The notes below the pieces were generated by a model that worked only from the letters and a program-made list of their open reading frames with translations, searched no databases and had not been told where the DNA came from. Below are positions 28,549-37,224 of a DNA stretch of 64,000 bases, one piece after another; position 1 is the stretch's first letter, and each line of letters begins with the position of its first letter. The DNA is taken from NCBI GenBank assembly GCA_052034935.1, contig JBPOIB010000001.1, positions 172,173 to 236,172 on the forward strand, read 5' to 3'. This stretch comes from Candidatus Moraniibacteriota bacterium. GTDB taxonomy: Bacteria > Patescibacteriota > Minisyncoccia > Moranbacterales > UBA1568. A program made the translations under genes and the position numbers.

Positions 28549-29940
28549 TTAGTGGTGCTGCGGCTGCGGAAGCGCCTCGTTGTGGGCGCGCTCGAGCGAC
28601 TTGAAGCTGGTCGCGTTGTCTTCGAAGTAGAGCGAGATCTGGCCGACCGGGCCATTACGGTGCTTGGCGATAATGACATCGACGATGTTCTTGTTCGGGG
28701 TGTCGGGCCGGACGCGGTCTTCACGATAGAGGAACATGACGACGTCGGCATCCTGTTCGATGGAACCGGATTCCCGGAGGTCAGAGAGCTTCGGACGCTG
28801 ATCAGGACGGGATTCGATACCGCGAGAGAGCTGGGAGAGGGCAATGACCGGGATATTGAGCTCGCGGGCGAGCTGCTTGAGGCCGCGCGAGATTTCGGAA
28901 ATCTCCTGGACGCGGTTGTCGCTCTTGTTTGAGCGACCTTCCATCAGCTGGAGATAGTCGATGATGATGAGCCCGAGGTTGTGCTCGGCCTGGAGTCGAC
29001 GCGCCATAGTCCGCATCTCGAGGATATTCAAGCTGCCGGAATCATCAATGAAGATCGGTGCTTCGGACAAAACCCCCATGGCTTCCGAGATTTTTTCGAA
29101 ATCGTTGCCCGGACCCTCGCTGACGAGCTTGCCGGTCCGGATGCGCCAGAGGTCGACGCCGGCCTGAGCTGCGAGCATACGGTCGATGAGTTGGTCGGCA
29201 CCCATTTCGAGCGAGAAGATACCGACTGGAACCTTGGCGTAGACGCCGACCTGGCGGGCGATATCGAGTGCGAACGAAGTCTTTCCGATCGCCGGACGCG
29301 CCGCGAGGATGATGAGGTCGGATTTCTGGAGCCCGGCGAGCATGTTATCAAGGTCGGGGAAATGCGTCGGGACGCCGCGCATCGTCTGGTCGTTCTTGTG
29401 GAGCTCGTCGATGCGGTCGAATGCTGCTTCGAGGATAGTCTTGATCGGGATGAAATCCTGCTTGATGTATTTCTGGGAGATGGCGAAGAGCCGTTGTTCA
29501 GCTTCGTCGAGTACTTTCTGGACGTCTTCGGCATCGTCATACCCCATCTCGACGATTTCCGATGCGGCGCCGATGAGCCGGCGGAGGAGCGCTTTCTTCT
29601 GGACGACCTTGGCGTAGTGGACGATGTTCGAGGCCGAGGGGACGGAGTTCACGAGCGAAGCGAGATAGCCGGAGCCGCCGATCGCTTCGAGCGTTTTCTT
29701 TTCCTCGAGCCGGTTCGCGAGCGAGAGGACGTCGATCGGCTCGCGCTCCTCGTAGAGATCGAGCATCGCCTGATAGATGCGGTTGTGGTCGTCCTTATAG
29801 AAATCACCCACTTTGGCAATGTCTGCCACTTTGATGATGGCGTCCTTGTCGAGCATGAGCGAGCCCAAGACCGATTGTTCGGCCTCGATGTTATGCGGGG
29901 GGATGCGGACGTGGTCGGCTTTGGAACTGGATTGAGCCAT
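28549..29940 (-). CDS. dnaB: replicative DNA helicase DnaB
   Basis: N-terminal HNIEAEQSVLGSLM; Walker A GARPAIGKTSFAL; RecA-like core. Confidence 0.95.
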   Translation of the reverse strand: MAQSSSKADHVRIPPHNIEAEQSVLGSLMLDKDAIIKVADIAKVGDFYKDDHNRIYQAMLDLYEEREPIDVLSLANRLEEKKTLEAIGGSGYLASLVNSVPSASNIVHYAKVVQKKALLRRLIGAASEIVEMGYDDAEDVQKVLDEAEQRLFAISQKYIKQDFIPIKTILEAAFDRIDELHKNDQTMRGVPTHFPDLDNMLAGLQKSDLIILAARPAIGKTSFALDIARQVGVYAKVPVGIFSLEMGADQLIDRMLAAQAGVDLWRIRTGKLVSEGPGNDFEKISEAMGVLSEAPIFIDDSGSLNILEMRTMARRLQAEHNLGLIIIDYLQLMEGRSNKSDNRVQEISEISRGLKQLARELNIPVIALSQLSRGIESRPDQRPKLSDLRESGSIEQDADVVMFLYREDRVRPDTPNKNIVDVIIAKHRNGPVGQISLYFEDNATSFKSLERAHNEALPQPQHH

Positions 29941-30044
29941 AGCGGTGGGACGAGAGAGTCAGGAGATCAGGACTTCATTCTACCGGGTATCGCGAGCGGG
30001 TTCAATGTAGACAGATTGTTCATATCTTTTCCCTGTCCTAACCC

Positions 30045-30073
30045 TTGACAAAATCATAAAACCGTTCTATTTT
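30045..30073 (+). promoter_or_regulatory. sigma-70-like promoter TTGACA-17-TATTTT
   Basis: Consensus -35, 17-nt spacer, near-consensus -10, about 30 nt before ATG 30105. Confidence 0.5.
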
Positions 30074-30104
30074 GCAGTCATCACTTTACCAACCGAGGTT
30101 TTGT

Positions 30105-30527
30105 ATGAATATGCCACAAGAGGGGTTCCTCCGTGGCATATTGCCTGGAGAACTTTCCCTACAGCCCATCGGGCCCGAGCGTCTCAGGGCGCGTATCGTG
30201 CTTTTTGAGTACGATCGGCGCGAAGTATCGCCGGAACCGATCAGCGAGCAGCTTCGCCAGTTTCGGCGAGAAAACCGACTCCCGCCCTTTGCTGGGTACA
30301 GCCAGCCGGTCGAGTTTCCCGATGCTCCGAAAGTCCAAGTGTTCGCTTGGACGGCCGAGAACATCCTTTTTCGCCCAGGGCACCAGCGGCCGCATCAGTT
30401 CATCTCCATGGACGACTACCGGCGTTGGGCTGCCTGCGAACCGCTCGGCAAGCCGAGAACGTTCTACACGAACTGCTACGACCGGGTCGGGAACCAGCTC
30501 CCTAGCACCTTCATCGTCGTCGCCTGA
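30105..30527 (+). CDS. hypothetical protein
   Basis: GAGG RBS 8 nt before ATG 30105; 141 aa; followed by a terminator. Confidence 0.45.
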   Translation: MNMPQEGFLRGILPGELSLQPIGPERLRARIVLFEYDRREVSPEPISEQLRQFRRENRLPPFAGYSQPVEFPDAPKVQVFAWTAENILFRPGHQRPHQFISMDDYRRWAACEPLGKPRTFYTNCYDRVGNQLPSTFIVVA

Positions 30528-30567
30528 CGGCCGCCGCTCATCCGAGTGTCGGCCGTTTCTTATTTCT
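30525..30567 (+). terminator. intrinsic terminator (conserved-loop type)
   Basis: ACGGCCG-ccgctcatccgagtgt-CGGCCGT followed by TTCTTATTTCTT; the loop is nearly identical to the one at 9971-9987. Confidence 0.6.
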
Positions 30568-31969
30568 TACGAACAACTTGTCCATTCGGACCGTCTTCGA
30601 CGATATAACCGAGTACCATAATCTCATCGCGCAGCGCATCGGAGCGGGTGAAGTCTTTATTCTCCCGAGCAGTTTTTCTTTCCTCGATAAGAATCTTTAC
30701 TGACTCTGGAAGCTCAATTGTCTCAAATCTTAATCCAAAAACAAACAATATATGCTCAAAAACCTTTTGGATACTTTCGGCATCAATTGGCTGGGTCTCA
30801 TCGAGAAGCCGATTCATTTTTTTAATAAAATCGAGAGTCACCGCGAGAGCACCGGGTGTATTCAAATCATCATGTAAAATATTTTCGAATCCTTCAAGTA
30901 GTTCTTTTCCACCCAGGGTTTTAAGCGTCCCCACTGAGTGTGGTTCTTCTAACCGCCGTATGGCCTGAAAAATAGCTTCTTTATTCTTTTTAGCCTGTTC
31001 TAGCGCCTCCCAGGTGAAATTCATCTGGCTCCTATAGTGCGCGCTGAGGAACAGCATGCGGAGGTCCATCGCCGAAAAGCCGCGTTCGAGAATGTCTTCG
31101 AGCCGGTAGAAATTACCTTTCGACTTTGACATTTTCTGCCCATCGACAAGGAGGTGGCGGCCATGGACCCAGTAGCGGGAAAATTTTTTCTCATTGCCGC
31201 ATTCGCTTTGTGCGATTTCCGCTTCGTGGTGAGGGAAGATATTGTCCTCGCCGCCGGTATGGATGTCGATGGTGGCGCCGAGTGTGGCCAAATTCATCGC
31301 ACTGCATTCGATATGCCAGCCGGGGTAGCCGACGCTCCAGGGCGAATCCCAATGCATCAGGTGTCCCTCTGGCGCTTTCAGCCAGAGCGCGAAGTCCCAG
31401 GGATTCTTCTTGTCCGGATGCTCTTCGAGACGAGCACCGACTTTGAGTTTGTCGAGCGTATTGCCGGAGAGTTTGCCATACTCCGTGAAGGTGGTGACAT
31501 CGAAAAAAACATTGCCGTTTACCGCGTAGGCGTGACCCTGCTTGATGAGACTCTCGATGAAAGTAATCATCTCGGCGATGTAATCAGTCGCCTTCGGCTG
31601 CTCATGCGGCGGCAGGATATTCAGCGCAGCCTCAGCCTGGCGGTAGTAGTCGGTATAGAAAGCGGCGATCTCTTCCGGAGCCTTGTGCTCCGCGGCGGCC
31701 TTTTTCGCGATCTTGTCTTCACCGCTGTCTCCCTGAGCGATGTCATCCGCGGTCAGATGACCGACGTTGGTGATGTTTTTCACGTGCTTGACCTCGAGTC
31801 CTGAAGCTTCAAGGACCCGTCGCAAGGTATCTGCCATCACATAGGAGCGCAGATTGCCGATATGGACGTAGTCGTAGACGGTCGGACCGCAGGTGTACAT
31901 CTTTACTGGGCCATCCTTCGGCGCTTCGAATGGCTGCTTTTCTTTGGCGAGGGTGTTGTAGAGGGAAAG
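30560..31969 (-). CDS. cysS: cysteine--tRNA ligase
   Basis: HIGN (HIGNLRSY) and KMSKS class-I motifs; start chosen at MLSLYNTL. Confidence 0.9.
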   Translation of the reverse strand, partial: LSLYNTLAKEKQPFEAPKDGPVKMYTCGPTVYDYVHIGNLRSYVMADTLRRVLEASGLEVKHVKNITNVGHLTADDIAQGDSGEDKIAKKAAAEHKAPEEIAAFYTDYYRQAEAALNILPPHEQPKATDYIAEMITFIESLIKQGHAYAVNGNVFFDVTTFTEYGKLSGNTLDKLKVGARLEEHPDKKNPWDFALWLKAPEGHLMHWDSPWSVGYPGWHIECSAMNLATLGATIDIHTGGEDNIFPHHEAEIAQSECGNEKKFSRYWVHGRHLLVDGQKMSKSKGNFYRLEDILERGFSAMDLRMLFLSAHYRSQMNFTWEALEQAKKNKEAIFQAIRRLEEPHSVGTLKTLGGKELLEGFENILHDDLNTPGALAVTLDFIKKMNRLLDETQPIDAESIQKVFEHILFVFGLRFETIELPESVKILIEERKTARENKDFTRSDALRDEIMVLGYIVEDGPNGQVVRKK

Positions 31970-32062
31970 CATAGGCGTATGACTTCTAGGGTACAGGGAG
32001 GAAGAAACAAAAACAAGGCGTTCAAGCCCTGTTATCACATCCTTTTCACGACTTTTCTTTGC

Positions 32063-32974
32063 CTAGATCCAACGCCTCATCCGAAAGACGACGATGGTGA
32101 GGGCAGAGAGGAAGACCATCATGGCGAAATGGATCCAAAAGCCGCCTGCTGCTCCCTCAAAGGGAAGGTGAGTTGTATTCATCGACATCGCGTTCGAGTA
32201 GACCGTCAGTGGGAGGATGACCGCCGAAAAAATCGTGAGGACTTTCATCGTCTGCTCGAGCTTATTCGAGAGAAGCGAGTTATTGGTCGCTTCGAGCGCC
32301 TCGATCGTCTCTTTGTTGCTCTCGAGCATGTTCCAGAGTCGGACATTGGTGCCAATCAGATCTTGGAAATAGGCAGTAAGGTCGGGCGGGATGAATGGAT
32401 GCTTGGTCGCGAGTAGGCTCTCGATGAGCGACCGCTGTGGTTTGAGCGTGCGGCGGAAATTGAGGATGTCTCGTTTCACGAGGGAAATCTCGAAGACCAT
32501 TTCTTTCTCGTGGCCAGCGAAGACTTCGGTCTCGATCCGATCGATTTTTTCCGAAATGTGGTAGAGCTTGGGGAAGCAAGAGTTGAGGAGAAGCTCGAGG
32601 AGGTGGTAGACGAGATGGGTCGGGGAGTCCTCGAGGTGAAGTCGCCGCTTTCCTTCACTCGCTTCCAGTTCGGCGAAGAATTTCCCAATCTGGTAGATGG
32701 GAAAGCGGTGCGCTGTGATGAGGTGGTCCTTGGTGAGGATAATGTCGAGTTCCCCGGCGTAGGTGGTGCGCTCCTTCACATCGAAGAGCGGGATGTGGAT
32801 GGAGAAAAACAAACACTGGTCATAGCGCAAGACCCGCGGCTGATACGTCGGTGTAATCAGCTCTTCGAGGACGAGGGGGTGGATGTCAAAATTCTCGTGG
32901 AGGTACAGGATGTCGTCCTTGGTCGGCGACTCGAAATCGATCCACGTGACATTCTTATGGGTGAGCGTGTGCAT
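32063..32974 (-). CDS. corA: CorA-family magnesium/cobalt transporter
   Basis: Cytoplasmic N-domain plus two C-terminal TM helices with a degenerate GMN-type motif (YSNAMSMN); start chosen at MHTLTHK. Confidence 0.65.
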   Translation of the reverse strand: MHTLTHKNVTWIDFESPTKDDILYLHENFDIHPLVLEELITPTYQPRVLRYDQCLFFSIHIPLFDVKERTTYAGELDIILTKDHLITAHRFPIYQIGKFFAELEASEGKRRLHLEDSPTHLVYHLLELLLNSCFPKLYHISEKIDRIETEVFAGHEKEMVFEISLVKRDILNFRRTLKPQRSLIESLLATKHPFIPPDLTAYFQDLIGTNVRLWNMLESNKETIEALEATNNSLLSNKLEQTMKVLTIFSAVILPLTVYSNAMSMNTTHLPFEGAAGGFWIHFAMMVFLSALTIVVFRMRRWI

Positions 32975-33052
32975 GTTTCTGTTGGTGTTTTTTCCAGTAT
33001 AGCAGGCGTTTTCACCTTGACAAAGGCATTTGGTCGGGGTTATGCTCATCCC

Positions 33053-33316
33053 ATGCTCAAAACGGTTTTTTTGAAGCTGATTCGGCTCTATCAGGCGACT
33101 TTTTCCCTGAATCACGGCCTCCTGGGGCTCATCATCGCCGAACGGTACTGCCGTTTTCATCCGACCTGCTCAGAGTACGCCTACGAAGCGATTTCCCGCT
33201 TTGGTGTATTCCGAGGAGGGTGGATGGGGTGCAAACGCATCCTACGCTGCCAGCCATGGTCCGAAGGCGGGTATGACCCAGTCATGCCACCGAAGGAAAA
33301 GCAAACTGAACGTTAA
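33053..33316 (+). CDS. yidD: membrane protein insertion efficiency factor YidD
   Basis: [12 protein letters not shown]...[16 protein letters not shown] is the YidD signature; 87 aa. Confidence 0.85.
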   Translation: MLKTVFLKLIRLYQATFSLNHGLLGLIIAERYCRFHPTCSEYAYEAISRFGVFRGGWMGCKRILRCQPWSEGGYDPVMPPKEKQTER

Positions 33317-33319
33317 CAA

Positions 33320-33625
33320 GTGAATCGGAGAACAAACTTGCAGATCGTACAAGTCGAACGTCTCGCCCACGTCCGTGGCCGCCTCATCGGCGACCGCATC
33401 GAGGGCCGCAGTGTGCTCGAACCGGAACTGATCCGGCAAAAGGGCAGTTCCACAACGGCAGTTCCTGCCGCGAATGATGCCGGCAAGACGGCAGTCCGTT
33501 GCCGCCAGATCATCCGTGGCGGCCGGCCGAAGACCGTTCCGCTCACCCGGGCGAAGACCAAGTTCCAGTCCCACGAGCGCAAGTGCCAGTGCTGCAATCA
33601 TCGCCTGGCCTGCGCGACCGCATGA
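33320..33625 (+). CDS. small Cys-motif protein (C-x27-C-x2-C-x5-C), hypothetical
   Basis: GTG start 4 nt after the yidD stop; Cys pattern C61...C89-x2-C92-x5-C98. Confidence 0.25.
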   Translation: MNRRTNLQIVQVERLAHVRGRLIGDRIEGRSVLEPELIRQKGSSTTAVPAANDAGKTAVRCRQIIRGGRPKTVPLTRAKTKFQSHERKCQCCNHRLACATA

Positions 33626-33663
33626 CGTGAAGTCCAACCACTCAACGTTTCAAGGAGAACTCT

Positions 33664-33867
33664 ATGCTGTTCCAGAGGTCTGCGTTGGCGCCGGATGACC
33701 CGAAGCGTCGTCATGAGCCGGTGGTGATCTGCCAGGGCTACACGACGGAGGGCAATCAGCCTCAGCGCGTGCCCCTCTCCACGGCCCATGTGCGGGCCAT
33801 GCGATGTCCGGAGCGCTGCGTCGGCTGCCTGAGCCAGGGGCAGTGCAACCCGCCGCTTCGCCACTGA
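33664..33867 (+). CDS. small Cys-motif protein (C-x28-C-x2-C-x5-C), hypothetical
   Basis: AAGGAG RBS 7 nt before the ATG; Cys pattern C23...C52-x2-C55-x5-C61. Confidence 0.35.
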   Translation: MLFQRSALAPDDPKRRHEPVVICQGYTTEGNQPQRVPLSTAHVRAMRCPERCVGCLSQGQCNPPLRH

Positions 33868-34389
33868 CGTTTCGCCACCCAGGCGCCGTAAGTCGTCTTT
33901 CAACCACGAGGGGATAGCCAACGCGCTGTCCCCTCGAATCATATCCAGGAGAAAGCCATGCTTGGATTGCGCATTGAAGCAGCCCTGGTGTTCGAAGTGA
34001 TTGCCCTTATCGAATATCGTTCAGATTTCCCGCCCAACCCCGTCCTCCACACGTCCAATCTACATACATCGCCGCAACTGCTGCTTGGGAATCCGTTCGA
34101 GGATTCACTCTTCGAATCAGCTGATGTGGCGGCTGATGTCCAGCGCTTTCGGCTCGGCCGCATCCGCTTGCCACTCGTTCCCGAGAGGCGCTACGGTCCG
34201 CCGTCCTATCGGCGCTGGCCTTCCGCATCAACCAATCGTCGCGAGCGAGGGAACCGTTGCCAGCGCTGAGCATCGCCCCTGTACGTCGCATTCCGTTTGC
34301 GCTAGGATAGGGCTGTTTCAGAAGTCCTGCTCATTCCCAAAACAAGATTTTCTCGGAGACATATCACCCCGCAACTACCGGAGTCATCC

Positions 34390-34698
34390 ATGAATGCCGA
34401 ACTTTCGGTGTCCACCCATCCCATCTTCCCAGGCACCCGCGTACCTTGTCCCTCAGCAGGGAATCACCTCCTGCTCAGTGCTGCCGCCCTGCGCGAGCGC
34501 TCGGCCGCCTGTGTTACCTGCGGCGTTCGGGGACCGTGCCGGACGCTGTATGCGCCCGAAGCTGCCGCTCCCGACTCGTGCTGGATCGCCATGGCAGTGA
34601 CGCGTGACCAGTCCAGGTGTGCTGACTGCTCCGTCCGCGAACCGTGCCATGACCTCGTCGCCGAGCTTGCGGCTATCGCCCGCCGCGCGGGGCATTGA
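34390..34698 (+). CDS. small protein with two tandem WhiB-like Cys motifs (CxxCxVRxPC), hypothetical
   Basis: GGAG RBS; C41VTC44GVRGPC50 and C77ADC80SVREPC86; TAGGAT motif upstream. Confidence 0.4.
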   Translation: MNAELSVSTHPIFPGTRVPCPSAGNHLLLSAAALRERSAACVTCGVRGPCRTLYAPEAAAPDSCWIAMAVTRDQSRCADCSVREPCHDLVAELAAIARRAGH

Positions 34699-34773
34699 AC
34701 CCCGGTGCGAAAGAAACTCGCGTCCGCCCAAAGGAACGCTTTCCTGAGGGCTTTTTTCATACCCAAATTAGAG

Positions 34774-34800
34774 TTAGCACTCACACTTGACGAGTGCTAA
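34774..34800 (+). promoter_or_regulatory. CIRCE operator (HrcA binding site)
   Basis: Perfect TTAGCACTC-N9-GAGTGCTAA inverted repeat. Confidence 0.9.
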
Positions 34801-34816
34801 AACTGGATTTATACTG
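34787..34816 (+). promoter_or_regulatory. sigma-70-like promoter TTGACG-18-TATACT overlapping CIRCE
   Basis: -35 within the CIRCE right arm, -10 TATACT 25 nt before the hrcA ATG. Confidence 0.6.
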
Positions 34817-34840
34817 GAGACACAGAACGGTGAAATCGTT

Positions 34841-35596
34841 ATGAACATGAATGAACGACAACGCGAAGTGCTCTCGGCTGTGGTCGAGCTGTACACGAAA
34901 ACGGCGCTCCCGGTCGGCTCCGAAGCCCTGCTCGAACGGCATCATTTTCCGGTGAGCTCGGCGACACTCAGGAACGACATGCTCGCCCTCGAGGAAATGG
35001 GCTATCTCTATCAGCCCCATACTTCCGCGGGGCGCATCCCAACTGATGCCGGCTACCGTTTCTATGTCGAGGAGATGATGGGCGACAAGCCGCTCTCGAA
35101 GAAAGACCAGCTTCACCTTCAAGAAGAGTTTTTGAAGCTCCAAGCGAAGCATAACCGCACCGTCCGCACCACCGCCCGTCTTCTCTCGGCCCTCTCGGGC
35201 AATCTGGGGGTTTCGGGAATGGTCGGCAAAGATGAAATCTATGATTTCGGGATGAAGTCCCTCATGGAGAGCCCGGAATTCCGCGAAATGGATGATCTCT
35301 GTCGGCTTGTTGAGACCCTCGATACGCTCGATGAGAAGATTGATGTCCTCGTCGCTGGACTGAAAGATGGTGAGACACGCATCTTCATCGGCGAAGAGAA
35401 TCCGGTCCGCGGTATCGAGAACTGTGCGATGGTGGTGTCACCCTACCGCGATGAGAATGGGGATCGCGGCATGCTCGCCATCATCGGTCCGAAGCGGATG
35501 GAATACGCCAAGAACAAGTCGCTCATCGAATCGATGCGCCGCCTCCTCGGATCGTCCCTCGTCATCGTGATCGTCACTCAGGCACCGTTATGGTAA
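34841..35596 (+). CDS. hrcA: heat-inducible transcription repressor HrcA
   Basis: N-terminal winged helix ERQREVLSAVVELYTKTALPVGSEAL; CIRCE immediately upstream; ATG 34841 lies within ORF 34787..35596. Confidence 0.9.
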   Translation: MNMNERQREVLSAVVELYTKTALPVGSEALLERHHFPVSSATLRNDMLALEEMGYLYQPHTSAGRIPTDAGYRFYVEEMMGDKPLSKKDQLHLQEEFLKLQAKHNRTVRTTARLLSALSGNLGVSGMVGKDEIYDFGMKSLMESPEFREMDDLCRLVETLDTLDEKIDVLVAGLKDGETRIFIGEENPVRGIENCAMVVSPYRDENGDRGMLAIIGPKRMEYAKNKSLIESMRRLLGSSLVIVIVTQAPLW

Positions 35597-35598
35597 CG

Positions 35599-35730
35599 AT
35601 GGCATCAGAGCCGGAACAGGAAGCCGGTGAGCCGGAAGAAACCATTGATGATAGCCGGCCGCTCACCGAAGAAGAACGTCAGAAACTCTTCGAAGCCGCC
35701 AAAAGCGCCATGACCCGAACCTCATAATAA
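35599..35730 (+). CDS. small acidic protein, hypothetical
   Basis: 43-aa ORF (MASEPEQEAGEPEE...) in the 140-nt gap between hrcA and the grpE fusion; below the ORF-track cutoff. Confidence 0.2.
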
Positions 35731-35738
35731 AAAACCCT

Positions 35739-36653
35739 ATGACCCAAGAAAAACAATCGAGCCTGGTCAAGTACGAGCAGTTCCAGCTTAGCCAGAAGGC
35801 GGTAATCTATTCGAAGACGACGAAGAAGTTCCTTCTCTTGAAGGATGCTGAGCCGGAGTCCGAATACGTCGCGAAGTATGGTCTCTGGGACTTGCCGGGC
35901 GGGCGGCTCGAGAAGGGCGAAGCGCTGCCATCCTCCTTCGAGCGTGAGCTTCGCGAGGAGATTGGTGATTTAAAATACGAGCTTCGCGATATCGTGTACG
36001 CCACGACAGTCTCAATTCCCTTGGACGATCCAGAGAGCCCGAACCGCGTTCGCCTCATCTCTCTCGCGACGACCGAAGACGATACCGTCACGCTTTCCGA
36101 CGAGCACACCGAAGCCGCCTGGAAGACGTTCGAAGAAATCGACGCGGATGCCGATTGCGGCGAGTGGCTGAAGCGAGCGGTCACGGCAGCACTGACGACG
36201 CTTCGGGCAGAGGAGGGTGCCAATGACACCCTTCGCATCCTCGCTGACTTCGAGAACTACAAGAAGCGAGTGAAGAACGATGAACGCGAGCTCTACGGTC
36301 ACCTGACGGCCCAAATCGTCAATGAGCTCATCCCAGTCCTCGACAATTTCCACGCCGCGACGGGTCATGTCCCGGCCGATGCGGCGGGCAGCCCCTGGGT
36401 CACCGGCATCACCTATATCGAGAAGCAGTTCGAGGATGTACTCGCCAATTACGGGGTAACGCCGCTCGACGTCAAACCCGGCGATGCCTTCGACCCGACT
36501 CGCCACGAAGCCCTCGATCACAAGGCCGCAGCAATGAAAGAAGGAGAGCTGGAGGGGGAGAAAAAACTCGTTATCGAGAAAGTCGTCCAGAAAGGCTATC
36601 TCATCAAAGACAAGCTCGTCCGCCCCGCCAAAGTGATCGTGACCGAAGCTTAA
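35739..36653 (+). CDS. grpE: NUDIX hydrolase-GrpE fusion protein (nucleotide exchange factor GrpE with N-terminal NUDIX domain)
   Basis: N-terminus has Nudix box GGRLEKGEALPSSFERELREEIGD; C-terminal 170 aa LRILADFENYKKRVKNDERE...KGYLIKDKLVRPAKVIV is canonical GrpE. Confidence 0.8.
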   Translation: MTQEKQSSLVKYEQFQLSQKAVIYSKTTKKFLLLKDAEPESEYVAKYGLWDLPGGRLEKGEALPSSFERELREEIGDLKYELRDIVYATTVSIPLDDPESPNRVRLISLATTEDDTVTLSDEHTEAAWKTFEEIDADADCGEWLKRAVTAALTTLRAEEGANDTLRILADFENYKKRVKNDERELYGHLTAQIVNELIPVLDNFHAATGHVPADAAGSPWVTGITYIEKQFEDVLANYGVTPLDVKPGDAFDPTRHEALDHKAAAMKEGELEGEKKLVIEKVVQKGYLIKDKLVRPAKVIVTEA

Positions 36654-36706
36654 AAACGTGTATGTACCAGATCCGAATCCAAAACCAGAAAGGAGGTGAG
36701 AACCAT

Positions 36707-37120
36707 ATGACACGCCATCTTATTCCGTTCCCGACGAATGATCTCAGTCGTTTCTTCGACCCTGAGCTCTTCGCTTCGGGCGAATTCTTCCCGGCACTCG
36801 ACATCTATCAGGACAAGGATAATGTCGTCGCTGAGCTCGCGCTCCCGGGTATCGATCCGGCCAAGGTCGACATCACCATCGAAAATGATGTCCTGACCGT
36901 CTCCGGGTCCACCGAGAGCAAGGAGGAAGTGAAGCGCGAGGACTACTACCGCAAGGAGGTCCGCACCGGCAGCTTCTCCCGCTCCGTCGTCCTCCCGATG
37001 GCCGTGAAGGGGAATGACACCCAAGCCGAGTATGACAAGGGTGTTCTCACCATCACGATGCCGAAGGAGGAATCCGTGAAGCCGAAGAAGATCGCCGTCC
37101 AGATTAAGGACGCGAAGTAA
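36707..37120 (+). CDS. Hsp20/alpha-crystallin family small heat shock protein
   Basis: AGGAGG RBS; ALDIYQDKDNVVAELALPG...DVLTVSG...GVLTITMPK alpha-crystallin domain. Confidence 0.9.
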   Translation: MTRHLIPFPTNDLSRFFDPELFASGEFFPALDIYQDKDNVVAELALPGIDPAKVDITIENDVLTVSGSTESKEEVKREDYYRKEVRTGSFSRSVVLPMAVKGNDTQAEYDKGVLTITMPKEESVKPKKIAVQIKDAK

Positions 37121-37224
37121 CCGGGCTCCGCGCTCGGCCGCCTCAGAAGTCTGGGGCGGCTCATGAGCGGAGTTCGCTCGAGACAAAACGTTCCATTCGT
37201 AATTAATGTAAGTTGAATAATCGT

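Noticed and set aside
28981-30048. 355-aa ORF on the plus strand
   Set aside because: Lies entirely antisense to dnaB; Asp/Glu/Arg-rich low-complexity product; dnaB motifs on the other strand are unambiguous.
33320-34780. RNase P RNA or tmRNA in the long high-GC gap after yidD
   Set aside because: No P4-type GGAAAGUCCGG/ACAGAAnCCGGCUUA motifs, no tRNA-like GGUUCGAnUCC 3' domain, and no tag-peptide reading frame ending ...ALAA.
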